DNA from: Lama guanicoe
Lineage: Eukaryota
Direction: 5' to 3'
Assembly (NCBI GenBank): GCA_013239625.1
Contig: MU054220.1
Span: 6,917,367 to 6,981,366 of the forward strand
Length of the DNA stretch: 64,000 bases
Shown one piece after another: positions 1 through 14,130 of the stretch; the first letter of the stretch is position 1, and each line of letters begins with the position of its first letter. Made by a program: the position numbers and the translations under genes. The notes beneath the pieces are model-generated. The model saw only the letters and a list, made by a program, of their open reading frames with translations. It was not told where the DNA came from and did no database searches.

Positions 1-692
<692 letters not shown>

Positions 693-1028
693 CCTTGTAA
701 GCATTTTTGATGAACTTTTGATGGGTCCATTTTTATTGCTAATTTTTAAAAACAATAATTCAGTGAGAACCATAAAGCTATAAAAAAAAAAACCCAGCAA
801 AACAAAGCCAACAAAAAACAAAAAAATTCAACCTTTCATTAAGTCCATTCCCCTGTATTCGGATAGGAATGCATGCAAACCCATCTCAAAGAGATGATTA
901 CTTTATACAGTAGGAGCTTAAACATAATTATTGAATGAAGGACTATTTACTAAATTAATTAATTTAGCGAATTGTCTTCTGCATGCTAAACAACGTTCCA
1001 GGCACTGAGGAGGGCATATTAAATATAT

Positions 1029-1070
1029 ATGTGTGTGTATGTGTGTGTGCGTGTGTGTGTGTGTGTGTGT
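1029..1070. repeat. (TG)n microsatellite
   Basis: Imperfect TG dinucleotide run seen directly. Confidence 0.93.
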
Positions 1071-1600
1071 ATTTATACAGACATAACTATCAAGTTATAT
1101 AAAAACCATTAACACTGCTATAATGGAAGGACTACCATAACTACAATATATGAGGTAGAAAGTTATCCTTCGTCTCCTCCCAGCAAGGCAGTGTCTTGTT
1201 CCTCTTTGTCTACTGCTTGTGTCTAATGAAGCATATTACTCATCATACATGACTTGCTGAAGGAGTTTAGCAGGGGAGGAGAGAGCACTTTGAGCTGCTG
1301 GGAAGTGATCTGCCGTATATTTTCCAAAATTTCTGTAGAAAAGAGGCCTGTAACATTACTAAGTAACACATTCTCATATTGCACATTCCTTTACCAAGTT
1401 AGAAACTTTTATGTGAGTCCTGTCCTTGCAAATGAACTGGGGTGCTTATGGTTCTGGCCTTGGTAGAAGCAGAGGAGAGATAAGCAGCCTTTTTCACACA
1501 TATTACTTTTAAATATTTAAGATCAAGTGCCCGTCTATCTCATCATAGATGCTTTGACCCCAAATACCAACCACAAGAGCTTCATTTTTTACTATATAAC

Positions 1601-1638
1601 ATATATATATATATATATGTATATACATATATATATAT
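1601..1638. repeat. (TA)n microsatellite
   Basis: Imperfect TA run seen directly. Confidence 0.9.
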
Positions 1639-4604
1639 GCTGATGGTCTGTGAGTCAAATGTCAATCCTACCCATCCCAATACACACAAGACAAAACAAA
1701 CAAGTGCACCGAACAAACACAAAGAGCAGCATATGGTAACAAGATGATTTAACATCACTGTCCTTTAAGGCAGGTCTGAATTCTATCCTTAAACATAGTC
1801 CAAGGAGGGGCTCTGAGTTTCATCAGTTTATTGTGAAGTCTGACAGGCTGGGCATCCCATAAACAATGGCTTTCCGATTACCCAAGGATGGAACTTTATC
1901 CACAAATATAAAAAGCCCTTGGCAGGAAGTCAGAATCACAGCTAACGAACTCTCCAGCATGTCACTCCTGGATCAGGGGACGCCAGAGGCGTAGAGAAAC
2001 CAACAGGAACCCTGATGCTAAGAATCCTGATGGAACAGAAACAAGCCACGTTTAATGCATGGCAAGGGGCCGCCTGCTAAAGAAGAGTCCTGCTCATCAC
2101 AGGCAGATGAAAAGAGATCCTTCTAACCTATATCCTAGACACTTAGAGGACATCAGCTTTGACTTGTGCATTTGATAAGCAGCGGTAGACTGAGGGGGGC
2201 TTTCTAAATAATGAGTATTTACAGGACCAGTTTTTTAAAAGAGCATCCTGGTGTTTGTTTGGTTGGCTTGCTCTTTGGGTGAAATGCTCCCCATGAGTTC
2301 CTGTGCTGCAAAGTACAGAGAGATGGCAAAGTTTGGAGTAGGATGAATTCTACTTTATACGATTTTCAGTGAAGAAAAAGTATAGCACATTGAACTAGAC
2401 AGGCTATATTTACACATGGTTCATCTTGTTTCACGGAAATTCATTTTAATAGGTTCCTGATACAGAAAAGCACACTTGGAGAACACACCCTTAAAACTTC
2501 CAAGAATGTTCAACCTTATGACAGCATTCTACCTGTCATTTAAACTTTATAGTTGTCACAGACTGAAATGATCAGGATGCCATATAGTATTCAACATAGA
2601 AAATAACCTGTATTAACAGAAAATTGCACTATCCTGTGGGTTTTAAGGTTTATAAAAGTGATTAGACTTTAAAAATTTGCCATGTATCCAGTTATTATTT
2701 CTTTTCAAAATATGAATTGAAATATCTTTTAAAATATATTGGCATGATCATAAGCAAAACATGTTTTATTTTTAGAAACTTAGAAACAGAATAACAAGAT
2801 AGCAATCACTTTGTTACAGAAAAGAGATTAAAGGCATCAAAAAGATATGTGTGAGTGGCAGTTCCTTCTCATGGCCATCCTCCTGAACGTGATTTGGCTG
2901 TTCTTCTGATTGTGCAATACAAGATTTAGCCAGTTTTCCTGAGCCACCTTCACATGACCTAGTTGAGAGCTGAGAGGTGGAGGCAAGAAACACAGAGAAC
3001 GTCCTAATCAGAGCCATTGCATCTTCTTCTCATATTCCAGCTTATCAAACATTACTTCACACGTTTCCAGGTGTATGTGACACACTTTTTTGAAAGTAGA
3101 ATCAGACCCTGTCTGTGAAGTCTCCTATCCTGCCCATCCAACCTAAGTAAAACGATCGCATTATCAACTTTTTTTTTCAAAGTGACAAATGTGCTAAATA
3201 TCATGGGAATTCTTTATGCTTGATTTCTCACATTTTGTATCTTTGGGCTTCATATGCACATTGCAAATACAATGAAATATCTCTGCAGGAAAGCAAAACA
3301 TTTCACAGTGGGCTTTTACTGTTCAAAAAACCAAACCATAAGTCAGAAATTTCAAGGCCATACGACAATTTAGGACAGGCATTCTGTTCAACTGCGTGGT
3401 ATGCGTCTATTTCGGAGAACAACTCCTCAGTGGAGTTCCTTGCACGGAGATGGCGCAGTGGTAACAACTTGTTGAATGAATGATGGTTTATTTCATACAC
3501 TTGGAAATAGCATGGTAGAACCAAAGGTGTGCTGGAAAATCAGCTGAGGGGGAAAAAAAAAGCTCTGATTTATAGTGTCTTCCTATTTCTGTGGTATAAA
3601 TACTCCCCCTATGGCCCATTTTAATTACCAGTGTGGTGTCACTGAACACAGAGGTGGGAAGAGATGTGCAGAATGTTCCCTTGCAGGCTGGTACAAGCCG
3701 GCCCCAGTGCCCTCCCGGTAGAGCCCCCTTGACTTGCTTTTGTGTGCTTTGGCGAAGGAAAATCATGGCGCTGACTTCCTGTTAGTTGATTAGCTGGCTT
3801 GATTTTGATGTCTTTCACTGGTAATGATAACCAAGTGTCACTTTTTTCCAGGTAGGCTGCCTGCAGAAAGAAAAGTTGTAAGAAAACCTCCCCAGGAGCT
3901 CCCAGGCTTTTGATAGCAAATAAAAACCAAGGAAGGCCTGGAGGATATTCCTGAAGTTGAAAAAGAAATCTCTTTAACTAGGGCCACCTACTCTGGGGCC
4001 TGGGAGCAGTTAAGCATGCCTTGAAGAATCCTTATTCTTAGCCACCCTAAGCTCCAAAACTGAATAGGAAAGCCTTAGGCACAGCACCGTTTAGCAACAT
4101 GGTATGGTAACTCTTAGAAGTTATAAAATCCTTCCAAGGCCCCATGATGCTGAACCAGTTTTGAAGTTAAGAAATTTAGAACACAGAAGCTTGAGGATAG
4201 TTTAACTCCATTTAAAACAATCATTCATTACAGAACTTCTATGGATCATACTCTGAGCTGGACATTCTCACTTATTTTATATTTTTCATTTAATTCTTGT
4301 GCCTTTACTCTTGATGACAGAAGTAGAAATTCTTTCATTTATTGAAGATCAAAAATGGCATCCAGCAAGTTGGTTAAAATAATATTTTAGTGACAGCCAG
4401 GCAATCACCACCTGTTAAATGTCTGTGTCCAAGCTAGTTGACATTTATCATTTTAGTTAATACTCAGCATTATTTCTATTTTGTGGATGAGGTAAATGAG
4501 ACTGAGGTTGAGTGTTATTCATGAGGTCAGCAACTAATAAATTATAGAGAAGAAATTGGACCACAAGTCAGTGTTTCTCCAAATTCATTTCTTAGCATGT
4601 GTTA

Positions 4605-5460
4605 ATTAATTCAGTCATTCCACAAATGTCTATTGAGCATTCACTATGAGTCAGGCTCTATTCTTGGCTTTGGGGATACAGCAGGGAACAACCTCAATAA
4701 AAATTCAGGCTCTCACTGATCCCCACTTTAGTGGGAAGAAGCAGTCAACAGACAAGTATGTAAAACAAAATAATACCAAATAAATATTATGCTGGATGGT
4801 GGTAAGTTCCACAGAAAAATACAAAATAGGGAAGGAACAGGTCGTATAGCTGTAAGAGTGCCTTGCAATCTTAAGCTGATAATTAGGGAAGGCATCACGA
4901 AGAAGGTGAGAAAGATTAGAAGGAGGTGAGAGACTGATGTAGGCAAATATTTGGTAGCAAAGAGGAGGCAAGAACAGAGGCTTTCAAGCAAGAGCATGCT
5001 CAGCGCATTGGAGGAACATCGAAGTCTACACAGTGGTAAGCAGGGGAGAAGCTGATGGGAGTTGAGGTCCTAGAAGTGAGAAGTATGAAGTAGGATGCTG
5101 GATCCTTTGACTTCTATGATTGAGTATAAACTGAAGGGAGGTGAGGGTGAAAAGAAGGGAGAACGATTAGCAGGCTGTTGGAATAATCCATGTGAAAGAT
5201 GACAATCTCTTGCATCATGACAGTGGAGATACAAGTGGTAAGAATTGGTTGGATTCTGAATATATTTTGAGTAGATATAATTTGTGGGATGATTAAAGGT
5301 AGGATGTCTCTGAGAGAGCGACTGAGAAGAACTCTACAGTTTTTGATCAGAGTAAACGGAAGACCCCATTAATGGAGATGGGGAGGACTGTAGAAGGAGG
5401 AATTTGGGGTGGAAGATAAGGAATTTGTTTTTTAAATGTGGTAAGTTTAATATGGAGGAG
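4605..5460 (-). mobile_element. LINE-2 (L2) 3' portion
   Basis: Starts with the L2 tail 'attcagtcattccacaaatgtctattgagc...ggggatacagcagggaac', followed by the typical purine-rich L2 body ('ggattctgaatatattttg', 'gagatggggaggactg'). Confidence 0.8.
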
Positions 5461-8400
5461 ATGCAAGAATAAAATAACGTCTACTTCAAAGTATAATTAG
5501 AAGTTTCAATAAGTTAATCTATATGAAATCACTATGAAAGTTAGCTCTTTTTCTTCATTATTCAGCTGGGTGATATAATTACATCATAACTAAGTTTTAG
5601 AGACAATTGAATTGGTGGACTGTGAGCAACATTTCATATTCAGAAGAGAGGCCATTTTTAAATCTGGCTTAAAAAAATCAGAAGAGACTGATGTGTAACT
5701 GTGGACACTGAGTTTCTATACTCAGGATAGAAGTGAGGATCAAGAGAGACGAAGAAGATGGGATGGGGCTGTCCTGCTGAAGTAATTTTTAAGTATCTGC
5801 AGGGTTGTTAAGAACAGAGCCTGATGAATCTGGGTGACTGAAAGAGTAATTGACTCTGAGTATGAGCCATGCGCTCTGGTAGTCCAGATGCCCAGGTCAG
5901 ATGCAGGGTTAAGGAGGCAGTGACTCTCCAACCTCAGATGCGAGTGCGATGTTGTCAGCTGAAGGTGTTAAGGAGCCATCAGAAGACGACTGTTGTGCCT
6001 CAGAGCCACATTCTCAGGGTGCTCCTTGCCAAATGGAGGCTGTGATGCAGCACCTTGACCAAGAAGACAGAGTGAGTGGACACTTCCTGAACAATTTGAG
6101 ACATCCCAGCTATTCCCAGCAATAACCGCAAACGTTTTCAAGAAGTAAGTGCGCCTTTGACTCTGAGCAAGTTAGGAAGTGTCTCACCTGGCCGTTAACA
6201 AGGCCTCGTTTGCACTCTCTAGTTGGGGATGCCAAGGGTCATCCCTGCGATGCGTTGTAAACAACAGCCATTTCTTCCAGCCACCCCGGTGTGTTGCAGG
6301 TGGCTTGCCCATCTGGAGACATTAGGGACCTCTGTGGGCACTTTGAAAGCTAAACTCACTATCACTTCTCGATCCTCATCCTGCTCCTTGTAGGACATTC
6401 TTTAGGGCTTCCATTGGCTTTTCTTTATTTCCTGGGATTCCATTCTCCACGTCTTTATACTCGTAGTTGGCCCTAAGATGGTGCCATTTTACCGCTCTTC
6501 CTGAAAAATTGACTCAGTGCTCCTACCTGGCCTTCCCTTGCCTGTGTGCCCTTGGGCTGAGTGCTTTGAGCCCCTGCAATGCAGGCTACTTCAGCTCTTC
6601 CAGGTACCTGTTTTCCAAGATGAGGGGAGACTGTTGGCAGCTGGCTGTTGATACAGATGTCCTGTCAGCGGGAGAGCACTTCCTCGGGTTCCCACCCACA
6701 GCCGAGCCGAACAGTGAGTGTCAGGCCTGGGTTATTTTGGGGGTCAGGGCAACCCTCGCCCCTACTAGGTTACCCCTGCATCTGAGGGGTTAGTGTTTTG
6801 CTGTTCTCTGCCCAGGCACACCGGCCATGGGAAACTCTCCTTTTCTCATGTCTGCTTTTTATTCATATATGGTTCCTTCTGCCTGAATGGCCATCTCCTC
6901 ACTTCTGCTTTCAGAATCGAGTCTTTTTCTCAATCCTGGGATGACTCTCATCTTCAGGAAGCTTCTCCTGATTTTCCTCTAATGTATATAAGCTCCTTGA
7001 ATTGTCACTGCATTTCAGTGGCCGTGTCTGATCATATCTTAAATATACTACTTTAGATGTGTTTGTGTAGATGTTCTTTCCCTCCTACTTGAAGGGTGAG
7101 CACCTTGAAAAAGGCTTGAACAATAATAAGCATCACTTAGCTCTCTGAAGCCAAGAATCCCTAGGGCAGCTGAGAAATTTAATGAGGCCCCGAGGCCAGG
7201 AGCCTGGGATGCATTAGGAAAGGCTTAAGAAAAATCTTCCTGTAGACTCGAGATTTAAATTCGTCTTGGAAACACACATTCACTTAGGGTACTAGAGCTC
7301 AAGGTTGTGAATTTTATCATGGATCACCCAGGTGAAACCAGCAAGACAAGAAACAGCTGGTTAAATATTAGTAGGCTGCTCAAGTTATCAGTTTGATTTA
7401 TTTTGCTATTACTTTATTTGGAGGGGTAGTGGTGTTGAGAATATCTTTACAAGACCGCCTTAGGCTATGAGGAAAAGTTTGTGACCACAGACAAAAGCCT
7501 TTCAATTTGTAGCAGTTTGATAAACACATCTTATAATTATCCATAGACACCCTCTCCCCCTTTTCTTTAAATTGCCTAGAATGAGATCCGGTAAATCTAA
7601 AGAAACAGAGTCCAGGTTTTGTTACTAGCCACACACATAAAGCAATTATTTCTCTAACAAACTGTATCTCAATGCTAGAAAAACATAATTTCCAGGCTTA
7701 GGAGAAAGTTACATTTTCCTCCATGAATACATTACCAATAAAATGAATATTTGACTCGTGATTTTTTTCCATAGATCATTGGAGAAAACAACATACTTAT
7801 TTATTAAAATCTATCAACCCTGAAAATAGTTTCCTTTCATCTGTAATAAACTTAAGGATTCTTTGATATATATAATTGAAGTTGCAATATCTTCAATAGT
7901 GCGAAATCAAGCTCCTTTCAGCGTAAGACATACACAGGCATTTCACAGCCTTTCGATTGGAACTACTTGAAATTAGAAATGATGGAAATGACACTCAGTC
8001 TGTACTGCGTTCCTACAACTCTCCATTCTTTACTAGTCAGGCTTGCTTCATTCTGAAACCTTTCGCTTCATACTAATGCTATCATGGGCCCTCGTATCCA
8101 GGACCAAACAAAGACACTAAAAAATCTGGCAATTAACTGTGAGAAACTGAAGCTCTTCTAAGTGTGAGTATGACTTGGCACAATACTCTACCCACAGTTG
8201 TGTACAGGAGGGAAGAGGGGAACCCGCATTTACAGGTGCCACTATTTACCCAACTTCATTTAGTCCACAAAATGGGCTTTTAATTTAGGGATAGCTTCCT
8301 TTATTCCCTCCTTCCTTTCTTCTTTCTTTCTTTCTTGTCCATAATGTCCTCAATTTTCTCATGTAAAATGCGCCCATAAAACCAAAACCAAACATTGTGG

Positions 8401-9669
8401 ACGTACAGATATAAAGAAGTCAAATGTCCCATCACTCCGTATCCCCATAGTAATGTGTGCTGTTTGTCTATTTCTGCTATAGCCCCATTTGGGAGAAGTG
8501 GTAACTGGAGCTCAGAAATGTAATTTGGCTAAGTCGTGATTTACACCAAGACTTCTTATTGCAAAGCCCACGGCAGGTGCGGGCGTGTGTGTGCGTGTGT
8601 GTGTGTCCATCCCTTTCACATTCTACAGACAAAGATGAATTCTCTTTGCCTGTTTGATAAGATTCTATGGACCCCCCCTGTTCGTTTATTTATCTGTTTA
8701 TCCATATATTCATTCTACCACTTGCTGGGTAATATATCTGAGTAAGAATTAGAAAAATAAAAGACATAAGAAGAGGGAAAATGAGGTAAATGGTTGGGAA
8801 AAGGGAGGAAAGTAACATTGGCAAAGATGAAGAGATTGAATTTCGATTAGGAAAGAAGGAGCTGAATTTGTGTTAAAACAAACTCCCATTCTAAACCCTG
8901 TCCTCTTAGGCACCGTATGACGTCTCTTACCTCTGATGCGCCGTTTAATTGATATGTTCCCCTGAAGCCTTTCATTACTAAAGTATCGTAATAGCTCAGC
9001 CCCTCCAGAGTCACAGCCCGCTGGGCGGGGAAAGCACACTTTCTACATACCACACACTCTCCTGGGTATCGGATGCAAAGATAAAGCAGATAAAATCCCT
9101 AACTTTGATGTCCAAGTTCAGTAATAGGAAGCCCTCCATGACACTTGTCTGTGAGGTTTTACAGCTTCCTCAGATTATGGAAGAGTCTCAGCTGCTGTAA
9201 ACAGTATTTAAGGCCGCATCTAAGATGTAGACTGTGTTCTTGTCTGTGTCCCTATTTCTTTATCCCATCCCTGCATTTCTTTCGTCTTCACTCTACGGAG
9301 CTTGAACTGATTCTGGCACCTCTGAAATACAGATGTGGAGAGACCAATAGGAATAGAAGGATGCCTGCATGGGGAACATCAAGGAGCAATCCCATCAGTC
9401 CTCCTTCTCGACCCCAGCAACTCCTCAGAAGCTTTGAGTCAGTTCCCTGGGTCACACAGGGCTCTCATGGGCAGTCAGCACGTGTGATTTTGCAGACGTT
9501 CTTTTAAGCAATTCAAGAATATGTCTCCAGCCCAAAAGATCGCACAAAACATTTCACTTCTGAGTCTGGACCAGCCTTTTCAAAAACAGTTACCGAATTT
9601 TTAATTCATTCTCCAGTATACCGCTATATTTTCCTTGAATACAAATTAATTTAACAAATATTTTTCCAG

Positions 9670-9865
9670 AGGCATAAGGTGGTAAGGACAGCAGACTAAT
9701 TAAAGTCAGTAGTCCTGGAGTACAGATCTAAGGCTGCCACTGACTCTGTGACTTTGGCCGAGTCACGTAACTTCTCTGAACCTCAATTTTCTTTTTGTTG
9801 AAATGGTGCCAATAATACCCCCCTCAAGTGGTTGTCATGAACATTCAATAAAATAACATTTGACA
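9670..9865 (+). mobile_element. MIR SINE
   Basis: Core 'tgtgactttggccgagtcacgtaacttctctgaacctcaattttc...aaatgg..aataatac'. Confidence 0.8.
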
Positions 9866-11159
9866 AGATAGTTTTGTGTTAAGTACTAGTTGTGGATTAT
9901 AGCCATATGTCACTCGCTGTATCTGCCAATAAGATCATTACAAGATTCCCTGAAACCCAAAGAAATTACTTTTGGGGGAGAATATGCTTTATGTGCATAA
10001 CGTAATTGGCAAACAATAGACAACGGACATAGTTAAGTGATTCCATGCTAATTAAATTACTTCAGATCCCAGACAATACTTCCGGAATGCGATTCCAAGT
10101 AGACATTTCTGTAATTCCACTTTGTCAAGGCTGCATTGTTATATTCTCTGCTTAATACTCAGGCAATCCTTTATGCGTTACAGAAAATCAAGGTGGAGTA
10201 AAAGAAGGAGAGAAAGAAAGAAAGAGAGCCTGAAAGCTTTCTCAAGTCTCCCATATGCAAATACCTTGATGCAGCATCAGGGGAAACAGCAAAAGAGCAA
10301 GAGATCCCAGGGTAACGCTATAATCACCTTTCCCATTTTGCAGCCATATGTCTGTCACAATATTGAGCCATCGCATATTGAGAGTATTAGTGTGACATCT
10401 TCATCAGTGTCACACTGACTCTAACCCAAAACAGCTCCACCAATTACTGGGGCACCATTCTCGCTCCATCTTGCTTATCTCTGGTAGCTTAAGAGTATCC
10501 GTGCGCTCCGTGCTGGACACATCCCCAGTGTGATTCAATGTCGGTGGGCGTCAGCCAACACTCGGCCCATGTAAGAAGCCCGGTCAGCCTCATCCCCATT
10601 TTTAACTGTGATGAGAGCCCAGAACAGAGCATCAGAAAGGCGGAGGGCAGTCCAGCTCGTTTCAGAGAGTAAAAGCCGAAGCCGCTTTCTCCTCGCAGCG
10701 GAAGGAAGGACGACACATCAGACGTTCACAAGATGGATTAGGAAAGTCAGGAAACTCCCATTATTCTCTAGAGGAAGCGCAGTAAATTCTTTTCTCTCCT
10801 TTTAAAGAGCTTGTATTTAATTTTTAAAATACCGTTATTGTTTTGCATTAGAAATTATTCATAGGAATGAAGTTTCTTTTAAATTTCTGTTTCAGAAACT
10901 GTGCCCCTGGGGAGAATGAGTGAGTTACAGAGGTATAAAGCACATTTCATATCATAAATACAAAGTGAAATAGATGAGCATTGTGGGGAGCTTTGGGAAT
11001 GTTAAGATCACTGATGCTTTGGTCACTGAAGCCAGCGTCCACTTTAGATTCTGAAAGACAAGCTGCCAAAATACTGAATGTGGGTGTATTTTGAGGGAAG
11101 TAATGATAGAGGATCTACTGGCAACGGAGTCACAACACTGAGATGTTATTCTGTCGCTG

Positions 11160-11365
11160 CTCTGAAGTCAGAACCCCAGATGCACCACTTTTGTGTTGAG
11201 TGACTGCAGACAACGTATTTAACCTTTCTGAAATGCAGTATTACGAACTGCCAAGTGGCGGTAATGAGAGAACACACTTTATACAGCATTGTTCTGATCA
11301 AGTAGAGTAACTACATGAAATGTTTACAATGCTTGCTGCATAGTAAGCTGCAGTGAACACGAGCT
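11160..11365 (+). mobile_element. MIR SINE
   Basis: 'gagtgactgcagacaacgtatttaacctttctgaa...catagtaagc', a degenerate MIR core and 3' end. Confidence 0.6.
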
Positions 11366-12631
11366 AGTTGTAAAAGTGGTACTCGTGGTAACCTGACTAT
11401 GAAAACAAAACAAACAAATAACAAGTAATAAAAGCCAGAGAATGTCTTAAAGCCCTGGAGCTTCACATCATAGATGATCTTAGTGAGTTGTCTGGTTTGT
11501 TTTTTTTTTTCCTTTGTGGTCCTTGAATTTGTCCTTTTTTGAAAAAAAAAAGTTCATGAGATTTTCTTCAATGTGGTTTTGACTTTGTCCAAATATAAGA
11601 ATTTTCTTAAGAACAATGCATCATAAAATTCACAAAGCCTACAACCAGAGGTTAAAAAAAGGACAATAAACTTTGCTTCAAAATGACACATGAGAGATGT
11701 GGATAATTTCAATATTGAGGAAGCACTTTAGAGAAGACCTAATTTGAAACCTGATATATCCTCATCAAATATAGTAATTGAATGTTGAAACACGCTCTGT
11801 GTCTGTCTCTATCTCTGTATCTCTGTGGATGGTGATGTAAGCTCTGTCTCTATCTGGACAAAGATGTTTGTGTTAAGTAGAATTAAAGGCAAACGCTTTC
11901 ACATTCTTAACCTCCGTAATCGAAGCTGCCGGGAGTTGTAGATGATTCAGGCTGACATGAAAAGGATCAATGAGGTCAATACCATTCCATCTGCATGTGG
12001 TTGAGAAATCTGTACCCTGTCAAATGCCCATACTCAGCGTTCCCAACCGAAGCCGTAGTGACACAGGCGAGGGACTTAGAGTGCATGACGCAAAGTGAAT
12101 CCATTCTTGTCACCAGAAGGGGTATTTCCTGAAGCATGCCTCTGTGGGCGCCTATCACTGTCTTTTTACAAATGACTTCAAAAGACAACCACATGCCTTA
12201 GTTTGGAGAAAAAAGGTTGAATTAGGTAGGGCACAGGGAAAGATACTTAGATAGTAAAAGCCACATTATGTGATAAACCCAACCTGGGCAGTTGCAGGAT
12301 ATTTGGTCCAGGGCATCGGAATCTTTTTCTGTAAGCATTTGGTTGGGATGCTTACAAAGGAGCCAGCAGACCTTTACAAACAATGTTTGAGAAAAGTGGA
12401 TAGCTACCAGAAACAGTTTATTTTCAATAGGGTGAAGAGCCAACTGTCAATAACAGTATTTGAATGACTAATTGTTATTATCAGCAGACTGAAATCAGAA
12501 CCAATTTTCACACTGTCATATAAAAATCAACTTTTAAACATTTCTCTGAAGTTAATAACAAAGGACAAAGATGGTTTAATTATAACTTGCTAAAGGATAT
12601 ATTATAAGTTGGACAAAAGATGAGAGCTCAG

Positions 12632-12797
12632 ATTTTTTTGTTTGTTTGTTTGTATTTTTTACCACAACAGGCCAAAGTTTATTTAAGATCACAAGTGAAA
12701 TAAAAGTGGTATTTCATACCGACAACTGAGGAAATACAAGATTTTCTACTTTCTATAAACAGACAAATAAAGACAAATACATTGTATTAACTCAAGA
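12632..12797 (-). pseudogene. Probable retroposed mRNA 3'-UTR fragment (5'-truncated processed pseudogene)
   Basis: On the minus strand, AATAAA (12678-12683) lies 17 nt before an A-rich tail (12632-12660). The insert is flanked by imperfect direct repeats ctcagatttt / ctcaaatttt. Confidence 0.5.
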
Positions 12798-13019
12798 CTC
12801 AAATTTTCAGACTCCATCAAATTCAGTGGAAATATCTCAGATTTGTCTAGGGATCTTATATCTTCTGATTAGACCTAGGTTTTTTTTTTTTTTTCTTACT
12901 AGATATCTGGAAAATAGCAGTATAAATACATCGGCCTTGCAGAAACTTCTGAAATAGTAAATCTACTTCATACTGGTTTTCAGTTAGATCAGCAATGTGT
13001 TGCTAAAGATACGTGAACT

Positions 13020-13200
13020 CAACACTTAACAATGTACATAGCACAGTTACAAAGATTGGCAAAATCACTGTGAAGTAGGTAGTAGCAGGACCTCCAATTT
13101 ATATATAAGAAAAATCAGGCATGATTAAGTGATTTCCCCATGGGTCTTATAACCTAAAAGGGGCTGAGTTAGGTCTTGATCTCTCCTCTTTGGACTCTAT
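13020..13200 (-). mobile_element. MIR SINE
   Basis: 'ctgtgaagtaggtagta...ccaattttatatataagaaaaatcaggcatgattaagtgatttcccca', antisense MIR core. Confidence 0.6.
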
Positions 13201-14070
13201 GTTCTATAATCTTTTCTAATATCATGCAGTGCCTCTCACATGTTTGTGGTAAAACTAGCCCTCAGTTTAAAATCACTATTTCAGTCACAAAATTTTGCAT
13301 TTGCTGAAGAGCTTTATAATTTTCGAGTGCCATTATGTCCATTAGCAGATTTGATACTCAAATCTTCCTAGACAGGTTTGGAACCTCTGTTTTACAGTTA
13401 AGGAAATTAAGACCCAGTAGGGCACCAGATAGTTCCTGAAGACCAATTTGGGACATCATTACAAAAGGACATGGCTCTATGTCCATTGCTGCTTCTGTGA
13501 CAGAAAAGAAAACTGAAGCTTTTCTATAGGAGGAATAATTGTCCAGAAGGATGAAATTCTGAAAAGCAGTGTGAATTTAGAGGAATGTTTCTTCATGTTT
13601 GAGTTTCTGAACATCTAAGTGCTTGAATGGCAGCACAGAGGCGGAGGAGAAATTGTATTCTCTTGAGTGTACGTGCTCCCTAGAGAGGCAATCACAGCTG
13701 GCTCCAATCAATCAGAAACACCAAAAGGCCGACTCTTCTTCATGCGCCATCTGGAAGGAGGTCTTAGGATCAGAGTGCAGCTTCCTCTCTAGGCAAAGGC
13801 AGCTCACGATGTAATTTCCACCCACCCACCCCGAGCAATTTAGCCAGAATTTTATTCCCAAAGTGCAAAATCCTTTAAAAATTATATTTTGCAAAATGAG
13901 ACATACTGAAGACTCACTTCATTCCAAAATCAGACACTCATTTTTACAATGCTTGCTAAACACACATGAAAGACATTCACTATGGACTCCCATAGCTTCC
14001 AGTATTAAACATTATAATCTGTCTTTTAATATCAAGCTATTTCTCCGCTGCCGCCTCATTTAATTAATGA

Positions 14071-14108
<38 letters not shown>

Positions 14109-14130
14109 AATCGCTCTCTTCCTCCCTCCC
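14071..14130. repeat. (CT)n microsatellite / pyrimidine tract
   Basis: TC dinucleotide run followed by ctcc repeats. Confidence 0.9.

Noticed and set aside
5949..6150. 58-codon plus-strand ORF followed by GTAAGT
   Set aside because: The stop precedes the donor, the peptide is unrecognised, and the ORF is adjacent to MIR-like sequence
12329..12356. Short hairpins (gtaagcat..atgcttac; also ~29126-29144 and ~63364-63386) as possible miRNAs
   Set aside because: Stems of only ~8-9 bp are expected by chance in 64 kb; no extended pre-miRNA fold or known mature sequence
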